Of a stretch of DNA of 64,000 nt, positions 52,201 to 64,000 are shown one piece after another (the first letter of the stretch is position 1; each line of letters opens with the position of its first letter). The notes beneath the pieces are model-generated. The model searched no databases. It saw nothing but the letters and a program-made list of their open reading frames with translations, and was not told the DNA's origin. The stretch spans positions 11,205,432-11,269,431 of the forward strand of contig NC_092679.1 of the NCBI RefSeq assembly GCF_964355755.1, given 5' to 3'. The translations under genes were made by a program, and so were the position numbers. Origin of the DNA: Antedon mediterranea. Taxonomy: Eukaryota; Animalia; Echinodermata.

Positions 52201-53479
52201 TAATAAATAAATTTGTTTTATTTTATGTCAATTTTAAATTATATTTATTTTAAATTTATTTTGTTGTTACATGTTTATGTCTCGTTATAATGTATTTTTG
52301 TGAGGGTCCCTAATGATCAGCTTCGGCTGGATGGACCACCCTCGGTAAAAATTGTTGAAAAAAAAATAAATAAATAAAAAAATAACCTAGGCCCTACTTG
52401 TTATTTTCAAAACACATTACACGTCGGCGAGGTCCAATGGCATGCGTGACTGGCGGAACAAACCAAATATTCCCCGCAACAAATATCAAGCTAACAGACC
52501 CTTTTCCATCGGGCGAAATCAGTTTATTACCTCCCAGGTTTATGCGTACCATTTCGTGACTTACTATCTCAAGTAGTACGAGAGAAATTCATGATGACAT
52601 ACAGGACATTGAACATTTAATAACGTAGCTTAATAAAAAGATGTTGGCTAAACGAAAATAGCATGTTTCTAGTTTAGTTATGTAGGCCTATACAGTAGGC
52701 CTGCAATGAAACGGCTATTTTAGGTACCCCCACCTGGGTATAAAACGAGTTAATTGTAAATTTAAAAATTCGAACTAGATCGTAAACATAATTCGTACTC
52801 TTTTGCTGTGTAGCGCCTGATGGAAAGTAACTACGCATTTTGGTCCCTGGATGGAACATGATATATCACGCGTAAACCGCCAATGTTGAACGATTCCCAC
52901 AAAGGGACACCGCTAGACAAGTGCGTTCCTACAAAAATCTAGGTCGCAATCCGACGAGGGTGGTCGGAGTCAAACGCAGCCAGCGTGTCATTGACGGTTA
53001 TCAATCACATGTTCTACAGTACACGAAAACTATCGCAACTGGACGAAGTAAGTCGAAGTTGGTCATGTTGACTGTTGTTACACACAATTGTGCGTGATCA
53101 AAAGGTCAAATCAAATGTTAGAAAGCCGACACAAGGAAGCGAAGCAGCCGTATTCACGTAGGCCTATTTATTATTTGTTTGCCTAATTACTACTACCATG
53201 CTACTACGTATATTTGTTGATTAAAGTCAGACAAGTCAAGGGGCCCGTCTGGGCGCCGTGGGTCGCGATCAAGTGAAGTTCCATAACAACAACTTGAAAT
53301 CAGTCAACCACATAATGAGGGGCTGAGCTATTCATGGACGCACTAAAACGGAATAATTGTGAATAATCGGTAGTCCCTCGGACGCAACATTTTAGCTGCG
53401 TCCAGAAGGATGTCACAATACAATAGATATCGCGACCAGCTGCAGTACAATCCGTCCAATATTTAGTGGAGATGACGCC
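49209..53479. mobile_element. Non-autonomous PIF/Harbinger-type element in an intron
   Basis: TIR GGCGTCATCTCCACTAAATAT(C/T)GGACG; TSD TAA on both sides; internal inverted blocks. Confidence 0.9.
52250..52384 (+). mobile_element. Short LINE/SINE 3'-end remnant
   Basis: GAGGGTCCCTAATGATCAGCTTCGGCTGGATGGACCACCCTC followed by an A/(AAAT)n tail. Confidence 0.6.
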
Positions 53480-54928
53480 TAACATACTGTAGATAGTGAA
53501 TGAAAGTAGTTTACTGATAAATATTCTTTAATTTTCCGTCTTACAGCTCAACCAAATACATCTTATGAACCTGTTAGTACTATGTCATCCACTACAATAA
53601 CTATCAAACAGAGTGAAGGTTTATTTCATGTAATTTTAATTATTTTGTTTGATGTTTAAAACTAGAAAATGAAAATTACATAATGTAGTTTAATTATACA
53701 ATTTTGTTTTGGTTTTTCTTGCAGATTGTCTCATACCAGATAAATGGAAGAAGAACTTGCACGAGATTGATCAACAGTGGATTTCAAAAACCTTATTCAA
53801 GAAATCGAAGAAGGGGACCGCAGAGTTGGATTCTACTAAACTCAAACAACTTTGGTATTATCCACCTCAACCGGATCCGCTCAACAAAAACATACAGTTA
53901 CTTCGGTCATCGTCTTTTTCTTTGGTTGCCCCGCAAGACTTGGCAGGTCAAGCTGGTTTGCCCTCGGCCAGAATGCAAGAGCTATCCACTAACATCAGGC
54001 GGCCTCCATGGAATCGTTCGTCCGGTCCTGGATTGAGACTGCCACTACTTTCTTGCAACAGAGCAACTGAGGTGCTCTAATTGCAAACAAAGACAAATTG
54101 GCTGGAGTGAAAACATTTTAAAGCAACTTGATTTAGCACATCGCCTTCAGTTTCCTGTTGTACTTTCGTATCACTTGGCCTGCGACAACCGGGTCCTGCA
54201 GCTTCTAAAGTACCGCGGTCTCGGGAACAGTCCATCACAGCTTCGCCAACAAGTCTTAGAACAACACACAAGGCGGTGGAATGAGAGAGTGGCTCTCTAC
54301 TTAGAAAATTGCAAGAAGTTCTGTGGTTCTCGTGATGATTACGTCATTGCTGCTTCTAAATTTGATGAGGTGTCTAAAATGATTCCTATTCCCTCTGTCC
54401 AATGGTTCCTCACCATCTACTGCAACGAAGTAATGGGAAGAATCGACGAACTCAAGGCTTCTATCACATCGACGTTCGGAAGAATGTTGAAAATTGACTC
54501 GACCAAAAGGGTAAATAATTAATAAACAATACTATTTCTGCAATTTACTTTTAATTATTTGAAATTTTTTTTTGCAGATTGTGGGGAAGCTTTCTTCCTA
54601 ATAAATTTTTTTTGTTTTTTTTGCAGATTGTATGGAAGCTAGCCGGTCGTGCATGTGGAACAGGAGCATGGGCAACAAACGTCGGAAATGAGTACGGCCA
54701 GGTACTCATTACAGTCCTGACTGCTGCAGAAGGATGTGGCCTAAACAACATGACAAACGGCATCATTAACCGATATGCTTTGGCAGGCGTACCTCCTCCC
54801 AAGATTCTCTACGTCGATCGTGACTGCTGCGGTCATTCAAGCATATGGAAGATGTTCAGCGCCTGGCCTGATATGCAAATTCGCCTGGACATCTGGCACT
54901 TCTAAACTAAACTAAACCAACCTTCATG

Positions 54929-57900
54929 GAGAGCGGACACGGAAAAAATAGTGCTGCGGAAAGTGTCTTAAATCCGACCAAATTGGACTTTAATTACTAG
55001 TTATCGACCATATTGAGAATTATAGACGCACAGTCTCAACAAATTATATATTTTGTCATTTATTTTGCTCTATTTTACTGGTTTTCCTAATTTTAAAACC
55101 ATGACTACCAATGAGGCCAGTAGTAGACGAACCCGCAGTAGCCAACCGGACCAGCCACCTGTAGACAATGAGGTAAACATGCATACTTTGCATGCATTGT
55201 TAACCAAATTAGACGCTGATATGAACTCCTGGTTTGATGCGCTAGCGTCTCAAATGAGCAAGGTTAATGCAGACATTAAAGGCATTCGAACTGATATGGC
55301 CGACTTGGAGACAGGGGTGAAGCATATGGACAAAGATATTCTTGAAATTAAGGAGGAAACCATACCAAAGTTGGAGTCAGAACTTAAGGATAAAATTCAA
55401 GAGCTGAATGCTAGCAGGTTAGAGTCGGAGTTTTACAGTAAAAAAGCAAATTTATTGTTCTTTAACATCCCTCAATCCAGTGCAAGTGAGGACACAGAGA
55501 ATGCGATACCCAAACCGCCAACCCTATAGAAAGCGCACAATGGATGACCCTGAAGGCGATGATATTGTTACAGCCAAACATGCCAAATAAACTTGAATAC
55601 TGATCAGATGATGTTAATTTAATAGTTAACATCCATATGTTGTGTTAAACTTTCTGTTGAATTATGATGATCAATAAAAACATTGAGTATTGTTTCTTGA
55701 TTTAATAGTTAATTTTTGTTTATTTAAAACACATTTATTTGAATCAAAACCTCCACGGACGTAACAACGGTAAAATTTAGATTTTAAAAGTCGGAACATT
55801 TAAGACGATCCATCCAGTAAAACTTATCGTAAGGGCACTTCTGTTGAACATTATAAATTAAGACGATCCCCAAACCATTCGTTCATTCATCATGGCGCAT
55901 GCATCACCTTTCACGCGATACGGTAAACAATGCTGTGCGCCGAAGCGTAACCAACAGAAATAACATATAGCGTCGTGAGCATACCTGTATTTTCCGAGGA
56001 AGCAAGTTACTTAAATAAACATATTTAACTCCAATCCATAACGAAATGTCGTAGTATGAACATACATTTTGCACATATTATGTATGGTATGTATGTTCAA
56101 CCTTGTAATAAAAGCAAAAATATGTGTTGGTTTCGACCAATGCTGTATTGAGAGTTAGGCTAGTTGGATGCATACCAATGCATGATACAGCAGTAGTACA
56201 GGTAGTCGGGGTACCTTGACGCACCACACACATTTCATTTAAGCTTAGTCCAGGAAGAATGTTAGGCCTACTGGTATACTGCTGGCCTGCACATCGGATA
56301 ATGCGCGACGTTTTTAAATTCGAACTTTTTAAGTAATTACCAAATTGGTATATAAAATACAATAGAAAAGATGGTTACTTTTAAAACACTAAAATGTGTT
56401 TTTGTTAACTTTCTACACACACAAAAAAAAATGCTACACAAATTGATTAAATTGCTAATCAATTTTCAAATTGATTAGCAATTATTGCTATTCGAAATTT
56501 TTCCATGGAAGTACTCACAATATTCAGAAATCTGAAATCTGGTGCTAGCAGCGGTTTCGACGACATTAAACCAGATATTATTAAATTTGTTGGGGAATTA
56601 ATAGCATCTCCACTTGTTCATATTTTTAATTCATCACTAGCTACCGGTATTGTCCCGGAGAAGCTGAAAATTGCCAAGATAATTCCCGTCTTTAAACATG
56701 GTGAGACTGATAAATTTAGCAATTATAGGCCCATCTCGGTACTGCCCGTTTTATCCAAAGTTTTAGAACGTATAATTCATAAAAGACTCTATAATTATTT
56801 TTCTCGATTTAATTTATTGCAAGAGAACCAATTTGGTTTCCGCCCAAATATGTCTACTGAAATGGCTGTTCTACAAGCATATGATAAAATAATCTCTGAA
56901 TTAGATAAGAAAAAGCATGTTCTTGGGATATTTCTGGACCTTTCAAAGGCCTTTGACACCGTTAATCACGACATTCTCCTGTCTAAACTACAGCCTTATG
57001 GTATACGTGGTGTTGCCTTTGATTGGTTCAGAAGTTACCTGACGGATAGAAAGCAATATATCTCTTTTAATTATCATAGTTCTTCTTCTTTAAACATTTG
57101 TTGTGGTGTTCCACAGGGCTCAATTTTAGGCCCGCTACTCTTTATTATTTACATTAATGATTTAGCAAACATCTGTAAACATTCCAATCTTATTTTATAT
57201 GCAGATGACACTAACCTTTTAATTTCAGATAATGTTTTAAACCGTCTAGTTGATAATGTTAATTCCGATCTCTCGACTATCTCGAGTTGGTTTAAAGCAA
57301 ATAAGTTATCGCTTAATGCTAATAAAACTAATTATATGATTTTTAAGAACAGATATAGTAACCGTGTTTACAATGACCTTAACATTTTCATTGATAATAA
57401 TAACATCTCTCGTGTAACTAGTTGTAAATTTCTTGGTGTAATAATGGACGAATGCTTAACCTGGAATCAACATACAATCCATATTGCAAACTTAGTTTCA
57501 AAATATTCTGGTATTCTTTTTAGGCTAAAACCAATTTTACATGTCAATGTTCCATCATCCTTATACAAGACTCTAGTCCTTCCTCATATTCAATACTGCA
57601 GCTTGATTTGGGCTGACCACAATAACTGTCGCTTTGAAACTGTTTATCGCAAACAAAAGCGCATAATGAGTTTATGCACAAATTCTCAATTTCTTGAGCA
57701 TTCACCACCATTATTTGCTAGTCTTAACAACTTAACTGTGTATGATAATCATAAGTTATCAAAAGGTGTTTTCATGTACAAATTTAAGAATAATTTATTA
57801 CCAGCTAACTTTTCTAATTATTTTGTTAGAGTAAACTCAGTTCATAATTATGGCATCAGGTCCTTTGATACTTATCGTCCTTATAATTTTGTTACCGATA

Positions 57901-58282
57901 TGGGTAGAAACACTATCAGAGGACATGGTCCAAAACAGTATTAATGCTTCTATTCGTAATTCATCATCTGTCAAAGTATTTAAAAAGTTGTATAAAAATA
58001 ATTTGCTCTTAACTTATCAATGAGTGTTACAAATATGTTTACATTTACATTGTTCTTTTGCTTTTTTGGTTTTATCGCACTATCTTTGAGTTTATATGCC
58101 AACATGTTTAGCTAGTATTGTCTCGTCCTGTGCTTCAATTATGTTTGTATCATGTATTAATTATTTTGTTAAGGTGGCCAAATACTGTACGAGCTTTGCT
58201 CTTTTTTGGTCATCCTTCCATTTTTGCTTATATTCATTACACTTGTTTATATTGGAAAATAAAACTGAAACTGAAACTGAAA
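54929..58282 (+). mobile_element. Internally rearranged CR1/L2-group LINE (ORF1 start plus RT half of ORF2)
   Basis: TSD CTTCATG; coiled-coil ORF1 ending YSKKANLLFFNIP (55053-55529); about 1 kb of unrelated sequence; RT ORF 56505-57944; (CTGAAA)3 tail. Confidence 0.88.
56505..57944 (+). CDS. LINE reverse transcriptase (no endonuclease domain)
   Basis: 479-aa ORF with [42 protein letters not shown]. Confidence 0.93.
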   Translation: MEVLTIFRNLKSGASSGFDDIKPDIIKFVGELIASPLVHIFNSSLATGIVPEKLKIAKIIPVFKHGETDKFSNYRPISVLPVLSKVLERIIHKRLYNYFSRFNLLQENQFGFRPNMSTEMAVLQAYDKIISELDKKKHVLGIFLDLSKAFDTVNHDILLSKLQPYGIRGVAFDWFRSYLTDRKQYISFNYHSSSSLNICCGVPQGSILGPLLFIIYINDLANICKHSNLILYADDTNLLISDNVLNRLVDNVNSDLSTISSWFKANKLSLNANKTNYMIFKNRYSNRVYNDLNIFIDNNNISRVTSCKFLGVIMDECLTWNQHTIHIANLVSKYSGILFRLKPILHVNVPSSLYKTLVLPHIQYCSLIWADHNNCRFETVYRKQKRIMSLCTNSQFLEHSPPLFASLNNLTVYDNHKLSKGVFMYKFKNNLLPANFSNYFVRVNSVHNYGIRSFDTYRPYNFVTDMGRNTIRGHGPKQY

Positions 58283-60708
58283 CTTCATGAGGAGAATTGC
58301 TGCAGCTTGTTCAACAGAATCACATCAGTTGTACCCGATATTTCTCAAACTTCTTTCCGCTTGCATTTTTTAGTGGAGCGCTGACGATGTTGAACGTCTG
58401 AAGCTCGCCAAGCGTGAACAGCTCATCGCAAGCAAGAAGCATTCCAACCCAACAGACGACATCATATTGAAAAACATCAGCAAGAAAGAGTATGCTTTAC
58501 ATTGTCGCAGGACAACACGAGGGACTCGCGAGACTGCCAACCTAATCCGAGAGTTCCTGACTTCCCTCGATGGTGAAGAAGGCCATGACACGTCCCACTC
58601 TTAGACTATAAACAGACCTGGGATATCTGGAGCTCACAAGAGCGACACATCCCCTGCATCCAGGATCCAGAAGGCAGATGCTTAAGGGTGGAGTTACCTT
58701 GCCAGTATATCGTTGTGCAAGAGGCTCCACTTCTTTGGAATCGTTTCACCTTCACCTTAACAAGTTTATTCCAGGTACAGTATTACTTTTTATTTTGTAT
58801 CTACCAAATCTTCAAACCTATCTACAGATTTTTGTATTTTTTCATTATTACGGATGTTTTATTTTTTTCTCAGGTGAGAGTGCTAGCGACTTTACATTTT
58901 CAAGATTACCTGATGGATGGACTTGTTCGATGGAATGCAAACCGTGCACTAGCTGCTACCCAGTCTGAAGGACCCATCTCCAGTACATATAGTGGACTGT
59001 ATCAGCATGCTCTCAACATACTGGCAGAGCAAGTGATTGGCAAAAAAGTGTACAAAAGTTTTATCATTCCAAACAAGTACACTGGAGAACTCATCGGAGT
59101 GGAGTACCTGTACAACCAGTCGAACAAAGTGCTCGAAACTCAATTTCCTGTCAAAACAGATACCATTTATGATGAAGACTTTGATGAAGAAATTTACACT
59201 TTTGATGTTGATGAAGGGTATGATGACAAGACTCAACCAGACTACAAACCACCTAAGCGTTGTTTTAAACCTCGAAATGCTAAAGAACCCTCACCACCCC
59301 AGCTGGAGCCCTTGCCTTCATGCGACGGTAATGATGATGATGGTGAAGGAAAAGCAGCCCCTTTTGACATAGTGAGTTAAATTTGTATTATTAGCTTCTA
59401 CCTCACAAATTTTGTTTCTGTTTTGAAATACAATGCACGAGTCTAATTATATATTTTGTTTTCATATTTTACAATTTAGGAACTTGCAGATTCCACTGGA
59501 CCGGACAACATTCCAGGCTACGCCAAAGTTGAAGCCCTGGCAGACTACCTTATGCAGTTTAAGGAAGACAGTGGAGTGATAAGTCAAAGTCATGCTGAAC
59601 ATGTCGCAAAGTTGTGGAACAACCTGGATGCTTATGACAAAACCATTAAGCACAAAGCACGGCATCAAGATTACCTGACGAAAGGCAGGTTCAAGAAAAG
59701 TAAAACTATTTCCGTAATATCTGGTGTTGAAAGCACTCGACGGTAAGGCAGTTTCCAGCGTTTTTTACTTTGTTGCATGATGTGTCTTAAATCTAACTTG
59801 TTTCTTTGGTCAGAACACCGGGCCAGCTCAGTGGCCGGACTGCAATCGATATATGGAGTGTATTATTACAAAGCTATGTGAAACGTATCCATCGAAGGTA
59901 AACGTTTTCAGGGTTGGCCGCTCATTACCAAAGGCTACACGAACATTCGTCTGAAAGTGCTATCGAATGGACACTCATCCAGTGGTGAGTTTTAACTTGT
60001 TATTGATGTTATTTTACACTACAGTAAATACATTAAAGTTTTTAAATAACTGTGTTTGATTTATTTCCAACAGCTACAACAGACCATCAAAGAAGCAAGC
60101 GCAGCATGTGTTGGAATCTGGCATCCCAGCAACAATACCCAAACTTGTCTCTGATAAAACCCTACTTGAACTTTTAACCAAGCCAGCGGTGCTAAACATC
60201 CATCTTTCACATTTGTCCTACCAAAAAACACTTCCGGCCTAGCGACTCTAGGAAACAGACCGTCGATCTCAGTTCCAGGCGAGATAGCAAAACCACCACC
60301 ATCAGTCCCTGAGGTTTACTCCCATTCCTAGAACTACCCTCTTGTACAGAAAACGAGCGGCTAAAGACATTTTGGAAGGGAAACCGATCAAAATGTACAA
60401 ACCAAGAACGTCTGCGATTGTGTGCTCAAAGTGTAAGCAACCAGGGTTAAAAAAGAACCACACTCAGTACTATGGTAATTGGTATTGTGCTGCAACAGCT
60501 GATGTGACTTTTGAAGAATGGAAATCGGCTATTGGTTGCCAACGATCACCTTCATCAAGAATGATTCCAAATGATTTTTGTAGCCATGGATAGAGTGTTA
60601 AATACTGTTTCATATATATATATCTTCTATTTTTTTTTTTGTTCTGTGATTTTATATTCACTTTTTACAAAATATTTTGTATTTTATGCAATTTGGTCAT
60701 TGAGCCAC

Positions 60709-61929
60709 CAGGGATGTCACCACGCTGGTCGGCGCTGGTCGGCCCCGACCAGCACTCAACATTTCCGACCAGGATTCACAGGCTGCCGACCACCACTATT
60801 ATTTATTAATAATTACGATATTTATATTAGGCCTAGGCCTAACTAAAATTCGTACTAAAACATTTTACCTAGCACATCGTTAATAACAGACAAGCTAGCC
60901 TCATATAGATAAGACAAAAGACTACAGCAAATGTTTCCGTGGTTACGTACGTTACTTTATTTGTAACACAATACCAGGCCTACTCTGCCCTGGTATTCAT
61001 TGTTACAGCTTGTGAGTCATGGCGAACAACGTGCTACGCAGCACAGTGTACAAGTTTAAAGTTCACATAGCGACCATTCAAGCGTTTTACTTTGCACAGA
61101 TTAAAAATACAAACAAGTACGCAGTAATTAAAAAAATGTACAACTACATAGACCTAAACAAAATCATTTTTAATTGCTGAATGTTTTGTCACCCTGCTTT
61201 AATTATATTATGTTACTAGGTAGTTTTACATTTTTGTACTCTACGAACTATTAAAAAAAAATAAAAAAACATGCGCATGGTTCAGCAGTGAGACCGGGCA
61301 AGTTTGTTCGTTTATGATCGCCGAGCATGGTACAATAATTACACGTCCCTGGGATAACTTCAGGTTGCTGAACTTCAGTTAACCCATAAACACGTGTCTG
61401 TTCTTGCCGGCCATGCACTACATGCTTGCCGCACAGTTGTGAAACAAAAAATCCGGAATTCACGAATACGCTCAAAAACTCTCGCGCAAAAGAACACGAA
61501 CATTATATCGAGCAACAAGTAGTAAGGTCTAGGCTAATAATTTATCTACAGTATTTGATTGGGGATTAGGCCTAAATAAGGAAGCGCCAGTTTTTGTGGA
61601 ATTCAGATTTTGGGGCATCTATCTAAGCCTTGGCTAGGCCTAGTGGTCGTAGTGTCTACAAGGCTAGGCCTAAGCCTGACGCGATCTATTGCTATTCATT
61701 TCGTAAGCGTTTTTTTGTTTTCGCGAATAATAACGGCGACTCCCCGGTGGTACAAGGTTAGGCCTAGACCTGACGCAATTTGTTGTTATTTATTTTCATA
61801 ATTCTTTATGTTTCGCTAAAATAACGACAACCCCCCCCCCCCCCCGGGATGAACACCGGGGTACCCCCCCCCCCCCCCCCCGGGGGTTATTTTAGCGACC
61901 GGCACTCCAAAAAGCTGGTGACATCCCTG
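60709..61929. mobile_element. hAT-family MITE with 6-bp TSD
   Basis: 14-bp TIR CAGGGATGTCACCA / TGGTGACATCCCTG; TSD AGCCAC; CCGACC(A/G)GCAC subterminal motifs. Confidence 0.9.
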
Positions 61930-62734
61930 AGCCACCATATCTAATTGTATTCTGAATGTGCAATAAAGTTAATAATAATAATAATTAAAAAAAAAGTTTT
62001 TAATGCTGCCAAATCCAAAGAGCAATAATTAATGTTGTAAATTATGTTGTACAGTGTAAATTATGTTGTAATTTTTATAAATTACATTCAGTTTTAATTA
62101 TTTACATTATAATTTACATTATATCATTCATTGCACTTTGTATTTGAAGTCCCCAAGCCCTTACAAAAAAGCAGAGGGGAAACTTTTGCAGTTGAGTGTA
62201 CATTAAATGGTGAATTCTATATTCTTGTCAAGAGTCTTTAGTAGTGTAAATTCTCAAATATTTTATATTTATTTCAAGAACAATTCCACTACAAACAATT
62301 CATTTTAATGTGAATCAAATAATTCCTTCCAGCAATTCTAATAATATATACAATATTGATTGACAATTGTTCACACGCTAAAAACACAACAAAAAAACGT
62401 CTCGTCATATTAAAAAAACTAACAATTAATACAACATACATATTGTAGTCGAATTTACGGTTTAAAAAAAAAACAAATTCATGTACTATAGTACAAGGAT
62501 TTTGTTTCGAAAATTGGATAAAATAATGTCGACTTTCTCAACTTTTAACAAAAAGTCTTATTCTATTATTTAATATTTGTATTCATTTAATACATCGATC
62601 ATGTGATAAACGCCTAAAATTTACAATTTTTAGTATACCGGTATTCAAAACAATCTCCTAGATTCTTGGGCCCCATTGGCCAATTGTCCAGTTTCCTCAT
62701 TATCTAATTGCGTTATTTACTTTTCCGAATCAGA

Positions 62735-63635
62735 AGATTGAGCTGTACCTTATTGGCAGAGGCCGTAGCAAAACAGATGAAGAATCCGACCAACACGCCT
62801 CCTGCTACTGATTCACCAGAGGGAGATGGATCATCGGCGAATGAAGAAGAGATTACCCCTTTAATTAGTGACCTTCTCGAAGGTGAGCTGTCAACAGGGT
62901 GTCAATTGACAATGATGAACACTATTACCTTGGGGTCGGACATTCTGCTTCCCACCAAAACAAAAATTTGAAACGATCGATATATCGAAATAAGGTCTCT
63001 GTTCCCCAACCAACGCACATATGTTGGTGACTATAGCAGGAAACCAAGTGCGAGTCGAGAGCAACCAAAAACGAAAACAGCTCACGGTTTTAGAATGGCA
63101 ACAGGAGTTCCACATCTATGCAGTCATTTTCTTCCCAAAGGAACGCTTTAAAATATGCGAACAGCATTTTGGAGTTGTCAATTACCGCCCAGAACAATGC
63201 ATGGCGAGCATACGATAAACAATTCCAAAGAGCCCATCTATGATGCTCCTTGAAGTGGGAGGTACTGCACCCTGAACTGATGCTAAAGCTAGTGACATGT
63301 CAATTGGTCCCGATGACCACTTCAAGGATTAGGACGGGGTTCAATCAGTCCTTTCGTGGACAGACAGATCACGGCCAGAAATCAAACAGCCAAGCAAGGC
63401 AACATTACCAACACTAGTAAAAGTTTAAGTCCTGCACTCGTACTTAACCGGTTACTCACCACGCCTCTTTACAAATTTAATCTTAGGGAATTTCAGTCGG
63501 GTTCAGATTTTATTGAACCACTTCCCCTCCGCCAGGAATCGCACGCAACCATCCTAGCACCCTTAACCACCCGGAGCAAATCACAAATTTTATTAAAATT
63601 GGTATCCAATGCAAAAGGTTAGCAGACCCGTTCAT
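62735..63635 (+). mobile_element. DIRS/Ngaro-like retrotransposon remnant (gag and start of pol)
   Basis: LEWQQEFHIYAVIF, W..YD.QF, LTTP, NHPS, KRLADPF (similar to RIAGPF). Heavily decayed. Confidence 0.55.
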
Positions 63636-64000
63636 TCTCAGATTTTGTAGACAAATATTTATTATTGCCTACACCTTCATCTTTCATGGTTAAAAGACAT
63701 TGAAATTCAACCTGGATTTAATAATAACACCATCTTAAGCGTAATGCAACAAAGGTTGCACACTTCAAGGATAGAGATAAATTGTGTGAAAAGCATTTGA
63801 TGAGATGAGCTTAAGAAAACTGCTATCTTAAGATGAGAGTTATGATAGAATTGAAGGATTTGAAGATTATGGCGTGTTACTGTTAGAAAGGACATCAAAG
63901 GTTGCCAATCATGCACTAGTGTTCGTTGTTCAGGGGATTCTTTCCCATTGGAAACAGTAAATTGGCTACTTCTTGTCCAGAGATGCTGCGCCAGCAGAAA

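Larger units (their letters stand above)
48472..60593 (+). pseudogene. Multi-exon DUF6729-type DDE transposase (Dada/MULE-related), disrupted
   Basis: KYSGQTFKWMVEN, LWYYPPQP, RLFLWLP, CPRPEC, KIDSTK (D), YVDRDCC (D), LDIWHF|MRR (DxxH), RCARGSTSLESFHLHL (E), C-terminal CSKC..H..C. The Dada label is from recall. Confidence 0.75.

Overview
This is AT-rich eukaryotic (metazoan) genomic DNA with GT-AG introns. The frequent TAGGCCTA motifs and the transposon repertoire suggest a marine invertebrate, possibly an echinoderm (inference). I found no intact host gene; the window is a pile of nested, mostly decayed mobile elements. Main components: (1) a multi-exon tyrosine-recombinase (Crypton-like) gene at about 4.8-16.4 kb, with an LEDGF-IBD/TFIIS-N-like N-terminus, a ~319-bp exon+intron tandem array adding nine in-frame 16-aa acidic microexons, and a Myb/SANT-like C-terminus; (2) Harbinger-Myb, Zator-like and Kolobok fragments at 16.6-25.3 kb; (3) an apparently intronless, frameshifted RAG1/Transib/Chapaev-like transposase fused to a USP-like peptidase, IQ, BRCT-like and HMG-like modules at 25.6-41.2 kb, split by an 11.2-kb hAT that holds a LINE, which holds a MITE and a fold-back Academ, which holds a SINE; (4) an Academ fragment split by a Harbinger-type element; (5) a DUF6729/Dada-like transposase gene interrupted by a Harbinger-type element and a LINE, with a hAT MITE just downstream; (6) a DIRS/Ngaro-like remnant. 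All family calls come from motif recognition by eye, not from database searches.
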